Shown here: positions 20,147-30,287 of the stretch, one piece after another
How the letters are laid out: every line of letters starts with the position of its first letter
Numbering within the stretch: the stretch's first letter is position 1
DNA from: Vulcanimicrobiota bacterium
GTDB lineage: Bacteria; Vulcanimicrobiota; Vulcanimicrobiia; Vulcanimicrobiales; Vulcanimicrobiaceae
NCBI GenBank assembly: GCA_963777315.1
Contig: CAVZQC010000004.1
Span: forward strand, 256,001-320,000
Reading direction: 5' to 3'
DNA length: 64,000 nucleotides
Notes under the pieces: model-generated
What the model saw: only the letters and a program-made list of their open reading frames with translations
What the model was told of the DNA's origin: nothing
Databases searched by the model: none
Made by a program: the position numbers and the translations under genes

Positions 20147-21394
20147 TTACGGAGGCGACAAGGAACGCAGGTCCGCCGCTACGGACGATGTGATGTCCGC
20201 GCTCCCGGCGGGCGCTTGCGAAGCGGCGTACACTTGCGAAAAGCCCAGCCGCTTGGCCTCGATCTGCGCCTGCTGCATGATCTGCGCGACCATGCGCTTG
20301 CGAACCGCCTCGCGGTCATGCTCCAGCGAAGCGATCTGCGAACGAACGCTTTGCGTATCGCTTGCGTCCGTTTGGCGAAGCGAGCCCAAGCGCCGCGTCA
20401 GATCGTCGCGCGCAGTCGCGAACGCGCTCGTGTCCGGTTGCGGCGTACCGACCAGCGCCCGGTATTGCGATTGCATTTCGGCGGCCGAGCCGGCGGGAGG
20501 CGCCTGCGCGGTCGAGGCCGGCAGATGCAGTCCGGATGCGCCTGCAGCCGTTTGCGCGGCGAATACGCGTTGCCGTGCGGCCAGATTGTCGTTCGTGCGC
20601 CGGTCGAGCTCGGTCCGCATCGTCGCGACGTCGCGTTCTCCGCGGGCGCGAAGCTGGGCGCCGTACGAGCCGAGTATGCGGGAATCGGTGCGTCGCAAAG
20701 ATGCAGCTTGCGCGTCCTCTCGATTCTCAATGGCGGCCAGTTGCCGCTGCAGCTGCGAGCGGGCCGGCCCGCTCAGGGCCAGCGTCTGCAGTTTCGCGCG
20801 CAGCAGCAGGCGCTGCGGAGCATCGCGCTTAGCCAGATCGAGGAGCAGCGCCGATTCCTTTTCACGCAGTTCCTGCGCGCGCGCGTTGTATCCGCGCCGC
20901 GTGCGCGCGTTCACCGACGCGACGAACGCAGCGTATGCGGCTTGCTGCTGCCGCAGAAGCGCCGCGCGGAATCCGGCCATATCGCGCTGCGCGGTTTGGC
21001 GCACGCCGGCTTGCTGCTCGCCGTACGTTTGCCGTAGGCCGGCCTCGATGTCGCCCGCCTGTGGGGCCGGGCCCTGCGAGGCGCCGGATAGAGCGCGCAT
21101 GGCTGCGAAATCGAACCTATCGGCGGTTTGGTAGCGCGACGTCGCGGCGGAAGCTGCATCGAGTTCGCGCCTGACGGCTGCAGCGGCATTGTCGATGCGA
21201 GCGCCGGTATCGGCGAAGCCCGTGTGCAGCGTGGACTGCAATACCGTGATTTGCCGGTCGTACTGCGCAAGGGTCGAGTACAGCGGATGGCGGGGCAAGA
21301 GCGCGGCGACGTTGACCGACGCCGGACGCGTCTGGGCGCCCGCGGCGCACGCGGCCAGCAGCAGAATCAGGATTGTGGAAAAGGGCTTCATCAA
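20147..21394 (-). CDS. Exported coiled-coil protein, OmpH/Skp-like
   Basis: Signal peptide; N-terminal SVNVAALLPRHP and C-terminal GFSQVY..ADITSSV resemble Skp ends; coupled to tamB. Confidence 0.55.
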   Translation of the reverse strand: MMKPFSTILILLLAACAAGAQTRPASVNVAALLPRHPLYSTLAQYDRQITVLQSTLHTGFADTGARIDNAAAAVRRELDAASAATSRYQTADRFDFAAMRALSGASQGPAPQAGDIEAGLRQTYGEQQAGVRQTAQRDMAGFRAALLRQQQAAYAAFVASVNARTRRGYNARAQELREKESALLLDLAKRDAPQRLLLRAKLQTLALSGPARSQLQRQLAAIENREDAQAASLRRTDSRILGSYGAQLRARGERDVATMRTELDRRTNDNLAARQRVFAAQTAAGASGLHLPASTAQAPPAGSAAEMQSQYRALVGTPQPDTSAFATARDDLTRRLGSLRQTDASDTQSVRSQIASLEHDREAVRKRMVAQIMQQAQIEAKRLGFSQVYAASQAPAGSADITSSVAADLRSLSPP

Positions 21395-24300
21395 AACTTG
21401 TGCTCGTACCGGACGGTGAAGCCGCTGTTGCCCAGCATGGGAATGAGCGCAGACGAGTTCGCCAAGTCGTTAAAACCGAACATGCTCGTCGTCTGGGTGT
21501 ATCCCAGCAGCGGCGGAGAATCGACGCTGTAGAACATCAGGCTGAACGCGGTGGAGTTTCCGCGATGCGCTTCGATGCTCAAGCTGCGGCGTTTGGGCTC
21601 GCCCAGGTTTTCCGAGTACACCGCCGTCACATGTTTACCGAACGCCTTGACCGCGTTGAAGCCGAAGCCGCTGGTAAAATCGTCCGTCAACTGCAGATTC
21701 TGCAGGCCCAGCGCGGTTCCCAGCGATGCGGAGAGTGGTTCGAGCAGCTGTTGGGTGAAATAAGAATTGAGCTGCCCCATCGCCAGATTTCCCAACGCAT
21801 TGCCGGCGTTGAACGACGCGAGGCTGCCGCCCGAGCCGTTCAGGCTGCTCAAGCCCGAGAGCATCGCCAATATCTGTTCTCTGGTATACGGCGGATCGGA
21901 ATCGAACGCAATCTGCATGTTGTCGGGCGCAAGACCCGTTACGTGCAAAGCGATGTACGTTTGCGGATTGGAAACCTGCGTCGTTGCCACCGCGTTGACG
22001 TACGGCATGATGCCGTTGCTCGGATCGAATCGTACGTGCGCGCTTTGAATCGTGAAACGCCGCAGGAAGCTGATGGTGCCGCCCGTCGAGGTGAAGGCGC
22101 CCGCAAGCGTTGGTTTCGCCAGGGTGCCGCCCACTTTGACCGCGCCTTGGGCGCCCACGTCGACGCCGGTGCTCTGCACGCGCACGTCGTTGCCCACGGT
22201 GGCATTCAAGTCGAACGCCAGCGGCAGCGGCGCGTGCGGCGGCGTCTTGGGGGCGTGCGGATTCCAGAACGCCGTCAGCGGAATGCGCGCAGTCGGAACG
22301 TTCACGCTGCCCGCTATCGTGGGTATGCCGCCCGCGGCGCGAGAAGCCACGACGTTCGCATCGATTTTACCGCGAAAATATTTGGGACTGTTGATTTGGG
22401 CGCCTTTGGCCACGATGGTGGACGTAAACGTGGCGGCGTTCGGGTCGCGGAAGTTGGGAACGATTGCGGTGCCGTTCATGTCGAGCGTTCCGCCGCCGAC
22501 TTGCGCGTGCAGCGCGCGAACGGCGACCGTATTGCCGGCAAAAGCCAGCGTGCCGTTCATCTTTTGGATCGGGTTCTGATCGATCGGCCCCACGAAGTAG
22601 CCGTTATGCACGGCAATGCTCCCGTCGAGCTGCGGCGCATCCAAGGTTCCGCGTACGCTCATCGCGCCTCCCATCGTTCCGGCCAAGCGGTATCCTTGGG
22701 GCAGCGCGCTGGTGAAATCGCTGAAATCGACGTTGTCGATCCGTAAGTCGAACGCCACGGGAGCGTTCGATTTCAAACGTACGGGCGCGGTGCCCGAAGC
22801 GGCAATACGTCCGCGCTGCAGATCGGCCTGCGCATGCTCGATGGTGATCGTGTGGAGATTGCCCGCCAGCGTTCCCGATACTTTGGGCACCACGAACTTG
22901 GCGTACCGAACGGAAGCCAAGGTAAAATCGTCGCGCAGCTGCGGCTCGGATCGGGTTCCGCTCACGTGCAGCGTCGTGTCGAGCGTGCCGCCCGCATCAT
23001 ACGGTTTACCTGAAACGGTGGTCATCAGCTTGGCTACATCCGGGCTCTGCGCATGCAGCGCGAGCTGCAGCGGGTCGTTCGCGTGCAAACCGAACGTTCC
23101 CGAACCCTGCGCCGTGAGATAGGGAATGCGCACGAGCGCTTGTTGAATGCGCCCGCGCCCGCGCAGCGCCGTGAGCGAAATCTGCGCTTGCTGAATCGGC
23201 ACGCGTCCCACGACGCCGTCCGTGACGTTCGCGCTCGCATCGAGTGAAACGTCGGGATAGCGGCCCCGCGCCGTGGCGTCGGCATCGATGCGGCCCTCCA
23301 CCGGCGCCGTGTAACCCAGCAGCGGCAGCCACGTGCCCATGTCGATGTCGCGAACGCTTGCGGCCAGGTTCACGTCCGCGCCCGTCGCCAGTTGCGCAAC
23401 GCTGCGGAACGCGGGGACTGCGACGGTGCCCGAAACATGCGCGCGCCCGGCTTGGCCGCCGACGTCCGCACGCAGTGCTATCGTGCGTCCGGACGTGCGC
23501 CAGTTCGCGACGGCGTTGCCGATGTCGAATCGCCTGTAACGCACGCCCCCGAGATCGATGCTGCCGCTGGTGAGGAAGGACTGCGCGGACGTGTCGACGT
23601 CGAGCGCCAGCTTCCCGGTACCGGCAAGCGTATCTCCCGTATCGAAATAGTCGTTGAAGTCGGCGAGATTGGCATCGGGCGCAGCGACGGCGGCCCGAAT
23701 CGAGCCGGCGCCGACCGCCGCATGGAATGCGATCGCCGTCGAGCCCACCGTAACGTGGCCGTCGTTGACGTTGAAGTCCTGTATCGTCCCCGCCAGCGAA
23801 CCGCGTAAATTGCGAAATGCGAGCCCGTGGATCGAGCCTTCGGGAACGTCGAACGTTCCGGCAATCTCCGGGACGCGCCCCGCACCGCCGACGTGCACGC
23901 CGGCGTCGATGCTGCCCTGGATGTATTCGCGCGCCAGTTTAGGCTGTGCGAACCCAATTAGTGCGTGCGCGTCGGCAGCTCGCAGAGCTCGCGGAAAGAT
24001 CGTACCGCGGAGCGAGCGGCGCGCCCATGCGAATGCCGGCGATACTTCCGTCGAGGGCAACTACGGCCGGCCCCATGTCGATCGTGCCGTCGCGAACGCG
24101 CAGCGTATCGCCCGAATATGCGAAGGCCGTATCGCCGCTGACCGGATAGCGCGCGTAACGCGCGCCTTCGAGCACCAATGCGCCGTCCACGGCCGGCGCG
24201 GTCAGCGAACCGCTCGCGGTCGCCGCGACGTCGGCGTATCCCGCTTCGAGCGGTAAGCCCGCGCCGTGCAGAGCCGCCAGATTCAGATGCGCGACCGAGA

Positions 24301-26446
24301 GCGCGACGTTGCCTGCGCCGTTGTCCAGGCTACCCGAGGCGACTGCACTGGCTGTGTGCGCGATCGTCGCACGTGCCGCATACACGTGGACGTTTTTGCC
24401 GCGCGTGCCCAGCGTTGCGCTGAAATCGTCGATCGGCACGCCGCGGATGCTGGCGCCGGAAAATTGCGCGTTGCGAACCTGCGCGACGCTGACGCCGCGA
24501 TCGTAGACCAGTGCAATCGGCGCATCGACGGTTCCGCTAGCCGGTAAGTGTCCGGCCAGCGAGCCCAGCGCTGCGAGCGAGCCGTGCAAGCGGCCCTGCA
24601 GGGCAATGTGGTTTGTGCCCGAGATCGTGCCGGCGGCCTGCAGCGTACCGAACGAACCACTCGCCGCCAGGGACGAGACGCCGATGTCGCCCGGGACTCC
24701 CGCAAAACGCGCGTGCGCTTGCGCGATGGAAATGCCGGAGTAGGCTGCGTCGCGCACGTCGACGTTGCCGCGCATCCCCAGCCGGTTGCCGCGCTGCGAT
24801 GCAAAGATGTCGCCGGTAATCGTGCCGCTCACGGGCGGCGGACCTTTGACGTCCAACCCCGGTAAGGCGGCGACTTGCGCGGGCCGGATCGTCAGATCGT
24901 TCGCATGCACCAGTGCGGCGAGCGTTCCGTGCGGCCTGTCCAGCGCAACGCGCGCGCGTAATCCGGCCGGCGAATCGTCCGATTGCAGGTTCAGATCGAC
25001 GCGCCCCACGCCGTCGCTGCTCACGCTGAACACGCTCGCGAGCCGATTGCCCGAACCGGCTCCGGCCAGCACGCCGTGCGTATCGATGCGCCGCAGATCG
25101 TCGCCGGTCGCCAGCAGCGTGCCGTAGAGCGGCATATCGGGAACGATCGCCGGCGCGTAGGGCACGCCGGCGCTCGAGCCGTTCACGGTTGCGACGGCTT
25201 CAACGGCGTGCGGCTCCTTTTGCAGCGCGATGCGTCCGCGCGCGTCAACACCGAACCCGCCGTACGACACGGCGAAGTTGAGCACGCTGGCGGTTTTGCC
25301 GTCGAACGCAATGCTGCCTTGCGCATTCTGCAGCGGCATGGCGCGATATTCGATCCGCGGTGAACGCAGCGAAATCAGCGCGAGCGGCGTGCGCACCGCG
25401 CCCTCGACGAGCAGCGCAAGATCTACCGGTCCGCGCACCGGCAGCTTCGCAGCCGACGCAGTCAGATGTTTGAGCTGCGTCAGATCGGCATTTGCATGGA
25501 CCGCTAGCCGAAACTTGGGCGCTTTGAGATCGTAGATGCCGCCGCTCACGTGTAGCGGCGTCCCGGCGATGGCGGCCGTCAATCCGGACGTCGTCAGGCC
25601 CGCGCCGGTTACGTCGAGCGGTCCGTGAACGTTGCGAATCGGCTCGCTGACGCCTTGCATGCTCACCTGCGCTCCGCGCATGTATGCGCTGGCCGAGATG
25701 CCCCCGTAGTACCGCGCATCCAAATTGTCCAGATAACCGGCTTGCATGCGAATGTTGGCATTGTTGAGCGCGTAGTTGACCAGCTGCGGCAGCGGCACGT
25801 GCGCGGCCGTCCAGTGGTGCAGCGTGAAACCCGCCGGTGCGTCGATGACGCCGGCGCCGCGAATGGGGTACGAACCGCCGTTGACGTAGGCCATCGAAGC
25901 GGTATAGGTGCTGCGCGCGGCGGTGTGCATTGCAGCCTGGATGTTCACGTTGTCCACGTACAGGCGCCGCGCCGAAGGATCGACGCGAGTGCGGTCGAGT
26001 ATGGTGATCGAACCGTCAACCACGCGAATCGCGGCGTTCATCGGAGTCGCTGCGCGGTTCGACGGGGCCGCTTTGGGCAGCTTGGGCAAATTGTAGGTGC
26101 CGTCGGGATTGTGAATGACGGTGATCTGCGGATGGTAGACGGTCACCCAGCGGAGCCCGTAGCGATGCGTGCTTCCCGGGAGCAAGTCACGCAGATTGTA
26201 GCCGACCTCGATGCGAGGAACGTAGGCGAGCTGCTCGCCGCCGTGCCCGATTAAGCGGACGCCCGTGATGGTGGCTTTGCCGCCGTGCAGCGCGATCGAA
26301 CCGAACGAAGCTTGCGTGCCCGTTGCACTGCCGACGATTTTTGCCGCGCCGAAACGCAGGAGCTGTCCGCGAAAGATGAAGATGCAGGCAGCAATGACGA
26401 CCAGGACCCCTAGGACAATCGCTGGTTTGCTGCGCAGCCGATTCAT
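21391..26446 (-). CDS. tamB: TamB/AsmA-like translocation and assembly protein, split by one frameshift near 23985
   Basis: ORFs 23939-26446 and 21391-24060 join; N-terminal TM anchor, beta-rich repeats, C-terminal DUF490-like SDPPYTREQILAML. Confidence 0.85.
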
Positions 26447-26523
26447 GCTGCGCTTATGCCCAGCTCGCTACCGTACGCAGCGGCCTGTGCGTTCGAACGC
26501 CTGCTCGGTATGCCCTTACGTGG

Positions 26524-27384
26524 TCAGTTCTGGCCCGCCGGGGACTGGGTTCGGATGCGCAGCCGTTCGCGCAGAGCTTGACTGGGGACGCGCACTTTGT
26601 CCGCCAGCCGCATAATCCATAGCAGCCGGATCGTCCACCACGTGATGTCCACTTCGTACCACGCCATTCCGTGCCGCGCCGAGTATGGAAACGCGTGATG
26701 GTTGTTGTGCCAGCCTTCGCCGAACGACAGCAGCGCGACCCACCAGGAGTTGGTGGAGCGGTCGCCCGTCTTGTACGTGCGATAACCGAACATGTGCGTC
26801 GCGCTGTTCACCAGCCACGTCGAATGATACGCGAAGATCAGGCGGCCGAAGACGCCCCACACCACGAACGGCCAGCCGCCCAGCGCGAACAACATGCCGG
26901 CCAGCGCGAGCTGCATCGGGACGTGGATCTTGTGCAGAACGCGGTAGAACGGGTCGTTCCAAAGATCGGGACAGAATTTTTCAAACTGCGCCGGTGTGGT
27001 GGGCACGTTGGGATTGGGTTTGAACAACCACATGAAGTGCGCCCAGCTAAAGCCGTTGCGCGTGCTGTGCGGGTCGCCTTGCCGGTCGGAGTTCGCGTGA
27101 TGAACGCGATGCGTGGCGACCCAAGAGATCGGATCGCCTTGAAATGCCAGCGTGCCTAGGATCGCCGTCGCGTATTCGACCGGCTTGCGCAGCCGGACGC
27201 TTCGGTGTGAAAGAGTGCGGTGAAAACACAGCGTGACGCCCCAGGCGCCCGTCGCGTACGCAATCATTGCGGCAACCGCAACCCCCCACCATGAGAAAAA
27301 CATCGGAACGAAGACCGCCAACGCCAGCAGATGAATCAGCAATAACCCGATGCCGTTGGGCCAATTCGGCCGTGCCTCACGCAT
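26524..27384 (-). CDS. Delta-9 acyl-lipid/CoA fatty acid desaturase
   Basis: His boxes HRTLSH, HRVHH and GEGWHNNHH; VNSATH. Confidence 0.95.
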   Translation of the reverse strand: MREARPNWPNGIGLLLIHLLALAVFVPMFFSWWGVAVAAMIAYATGAWGVTLCFHRTLSHRSVRLRKPVEYATAILGTLAFQGDPISWVATHRVHHANSDRQGDPHSTRNGFSWAHFMWLFKPNPNVPTTPAQFEKFCPDLWNDPFYRVLHKIHVPMQLALAGMLFALGGWPFVVWGVFGRLIFAYHSTWLVNSATHMFGYRTYKTGDRSTNSWWVALLSFGEGWHNNHHAFPYSARHGMAWYEVDITWWTIRLLWIMRLADKVRVPSQALRERLRIRTQSPAGQN

Positions 27385-27435
27385 ACGTGCACTTTGCCCC
27401 AAAATCGTCGCTTCGTATCGGCATGCTTGCGCTCG

Positions 27436-27963
27436 CTATTGCGCTTTCGGCGCGCTCGAAAAGACTCGCCGCGCTGCAAGCCTGAGCTCCATCTCGTCCA
27501 TGACGATGTCCGCGAGCTTCTGCAGCACGTCGGCCTGCTTGGGTGAGAACATACGCGGCTCGTGGTCGATGATGCACAGCGTTCCCAAACGATATCCGTC
27601 GGCCGTGCGCAGTGGCGCCGCCGCATAGAATTGCAGGCCGAACTGGCCCGCAACCAGCGGATTTGCCAGCGCGCGCGGATCTTTGCGCGCCTCTTCGATG
27701 ACGTAGGGCGAGTCTTGCAAAATCGCCGATGCGCACAAGCCCGGGTCGCATCCAATCTCCTGCACGTCCTTTAGACCGCGGCGCGACTTGAACCAGATGC
27801 GATCTTCGTCGACTATCGTGACCAGCGCTATCGGCACGTCGAACAAATCGGCAGCCAAGGCAGTAATGCGATCGAACGATCCATCCGGAGGGGTGTCCAG
27901 AATATCGTACCGCCGCACCGCTTCAAGACGGGCGGCTTCGTGGCGAGAGGGTGCAGTGTTCAT
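27436..27963 (-). CDS. Stand-alone GAF domain protein
   Basis: EAARLEAVRRYDILDTPP..FDRIT, ANPLV, FYAAAPL..G..LGTLCIID. Confidence 0.9.
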   Translation of the reverse strand: MNTAPSRHEAARLEAVRRYDILDTPPDGSFDRITALAADLFDVPIALVTIVDEDRIWFKSRRGLKDVQEIGCDPGLCASAILQDSPYVIEEARKDPRALANPLVAGQFGLQFYAAAPLRTADGYRLGTLCIIDHEPRMFSPKQADVLQKLADIVMDEMELRLAARRVFSSAPKAQ

Positions 27964-27978
27964 GCTATGTGCGTACTC

Positions 27979-29460
27979 CTATGGCGCGAGAACGACGCGG
28001 GCGTGGCTTCCCCCGCCCGGCCGGCGTTCGACGTTGAAGTCTCCGGCGAGTTGTGAAATTAAAAACAATCCGCGTCCGCGCTCGCTGAACAAGTCGTGCG
28101 GGAGGCGGGGCAGAAATTGGAAGCCGGGACCCTTGTCGGTAACGTGCAGGATGAATGCATCCGGACGGACTTCCAAAAATGCTTCGGCGGTGCCGGGCGC
28201 ATACCGCACGAGGTTGGCCATCAGTTCGGCGAAGATCACTTCGAAATTGAACAGCCGCTGCGGATCGAATCCGTTGAGTGCGAGCTCGTCGGACATCTCC
28301 AGGCGCACGCGCGTGGCCACGTCGTGCCAGCGCGGATCGAATCGCCAACGCTTGACGGGTCCCACGGCCCCGACGTGTACGGCCAAAATTGCAACGTCGT
28401 CGCGCGAATGCGCGGGCAGCACGCGTTCGTAGATTCGCCGGGCATACCCGCTTTCTCGCGGATCGATCTGCTCGAGCGCGCTGCGCACGTGCCGTTCCCC
28501 TTCGACGACGTCGTGCGAGGCTTCGGTTAGACCGTCGGTGTACAGCAGCACGATCGACTGCGGTTCCAAATGCGTATAGTGCGCCTCGACGTGCATGCCG
28601 AATTCGGGCAATCCGAGCGGCGTGCCGTGGCCGCGCAGCGGCTGCACGGATCCGTCCGGCGCCCGCACGAACGGCGGCGGGTGACCCGCATTGGCATACG
28701 CGCAGTTTTGCGTGACCGGATCGATGATCGCGACGAACGTAGTGACGTAGCGCTCGGGGTATTGATCGCGCAGCGCACGGTCTGCGGCTTGCAGCATGAG
28801 CACGGGATCGGCGTGGATGTGAGCCACTCCGCGCATCGTCTGACGCACGTTGACCATTGCCACCGCGGCTTTTAGGCCGGATCCCATGACGTCGCCGATC
28901 GACACGACGAAACGCCCGTCGCTCAAGCGAAACGCATCGTACCAGTCGCCGCCGACGAGCGCTTCCGCGCGACCGGCTTCGTAGATCGCCTCAAAGCGGT
29001 AGCCGGGAACTTCCGGAAGCGGGGCGCTGAGCGCTGCGTTCTGAAACGTCAGCGAAACGCGCTGCTCGCGTGCGTACAGTATGGCGTTATGGAGTGCTTG
29101 CGCGCAGCGCGCAGCGGCCAGCTGCAAAAACTCCTGCGTGGCGAGCGCGTCACGCCCGCGGATGCGCAGATGCAGCGAACCCAAGAACTCGCCGGCGGCT
29201 CGCAGCGGCAAAACCAGCGTTTCTCCTTCGGATTCCTCGGCTGAGTGATGTGCGTCCAGCCGGGCGACGATGCGCGCTTCGCCCTGTTCGTCGGGCATGG
29301 TGACGAACGCCCACGTCGCGATTCGAGGCACGAAGAATTCCAGCACCACGTCCCAGCGGTGGGCAACTTCAAGCGAATCAAAAAGCGAAGACGAGAGCTG
29401 GTCCAGCAAAACGAGCTGAAAAGCGTCCAGCCGGTCAACGCGGGAAACTGAGGCGGGCAC
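27979..29460 (-). CDS. SpoIIE/PP2C phosphatase with N-terminal GAF-like region and C-terminal RsbW-like HATPase
   Basis: VGGDWYD, IGDVMGSG, ANAGHPPP, LYTDGLTE, DDVA; ELMANLVRYA, VTDKGPGF, ERGRGLFL. Confidence 0.92.
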   Translation of the reverse strand: MPASVSRVDRLDAFQLVLLDQLSSSLFDSLEVAHRWDVVLEFFVPRIATWAFVTMPDEQGEARIVARLDAHHSAEESEGETLVLPLRAAGEFLGSLHLRIRGRDALATQEFLQLAAARCAQALHNAILYAREQRVSLTFQNAALSAPLPEVPGYRFEAIYEAGRAEALVGGDWYDAFRLSDGRFVVSIGDVMGSGLKAAVAMVNVRQTMRGVAHIHADPVLMLQAADRALRDQYPERYVTTFVAIIDPVTQNCAYANAGHPPPFVRAPDGSVQPLRGHGTPLGLPEFGMHVEAHYTHLEPQSIVLLYTDGLTEASHDVVEGERHVRSALEQIDPRESGYARRIYERVLPAHSRDDVAILAVHVGAVGPVKRWRFDPRWHDVATRVRLEMSDELALNGFDPQRLFNFEVIFAELMANLVRYAPGTAEAFLEVRPDAFILHVTDKGPGFQFLPRLPHDLFSERGRGLFLISQLAGDFNVERRPGGGSHARVVLAP

Positions 29461-29499
29461 GTTGCTGGCATTATGCCCGCCGAACGGCGGGTTAAGCAG

Positions 29500-30078
29500 C
29501 TACACCATGCCGGCGCGAATGGCGCAAACCGCGACCTGCGTGCGCGCGGTCAAGTTCATTTTGGCAAGGATGTGCGATATGTGGTTCTTGACGGTCTTGT
29601 CGCTGAGCGAAAGCCGCGAGCTGATCTCTTTGTTGGAAAGGCCTTCGGCGACCAGGCGCACGACTTCCAATTCGCGCTGTGAAAGAGCGGCAAGAGCATT
29701 GCGCTCGGAACAACCGGCTTGCTCATCCGCACCCTTGGCAGGCAATTCCATCGGCTGCGCAGCCGCCATCTGCTTGATCGTTTTCAGCACTTCCGCGATC
29801 GTCATGTCGCGCAGCGCGTCGAGCGCGAACAGTCTTGCGCCCGGAGCTACTCGCTGGAGGTGTGCCGATGCGGCGCTGTGGCTCTGGGCCCCCGACTGGT
29901 CGAGGATGACAACGTCCGGACGCAGGCGCGCTATCGGAGCAGCCGCGAGCGAGCCGGCGTGATCGAGAACGTCGATGCCGTCATCGAGGTCCAGTACTTT
30001 GCTCAATGTCCGTCTGATGAGCGGATCTTTGCCGACGACCATGACGCGCGGTCCGGCCGTGTGAGGTGCGAGGGCCAT
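29500..30078 (-). CDS. NarL/LuxR-type regulator with a degenerate receiver domain
   Basis: PDVVILD; LSQRELEVVRLVAEGLSNKEI..SDKTVKNHIS. Confidence 0.9.
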   Translation of the reverse strand: MALAPHTAGPRVMVVGKDPLIRRTLSKVLDLDDGIDVLDHAGSLAAAPIARLRPDVVILDQSGAQSHSAASAHLQRVAPGARLFALDALRDMTIAEVLKTIKQMAAAQPMELPAKGADEQAGCSERNALAALSQRELEVVRLVAEGLSNKEISSRLSLSDKTVKNHISHILAKMNLTARTQVAVCAIRAGMV

Positions 30079-30287
30079 CCTTGTCTACTCCCCTGTCGAG
30101 CTCCATGCGCCCGAACTGCACCCTTGTTAGCCTTCCTCACCGGCGAAAGGTCGCAAGGGTATGCCGCTAGTGTATCCAAGGCGTTTTTCATAGTCCTTAC
30201 GGCCCACCTGGCTGCGCTTACAAAGACCTTACACCAAGCGGCGCGGCGGGGTAGTCGTGGAGTGGGGAACTGTCGTAGTAAGGCTGC

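Noticed and set aside
27377..27465. Frameshifted C-terminal extension of the GAF protein reaching the desaturase start
   Set aside because: Possible through the T4 run, but the GAF domain is already complete and the change does not fit the +1/AGCT pattern.
30003..30191. 62-aa leader ORF MKNALDTL.. on the minus strand
   Set aside because: RBS spacing is too short, it spans the likely promoter and it overlaps the regulator gene out of frame.
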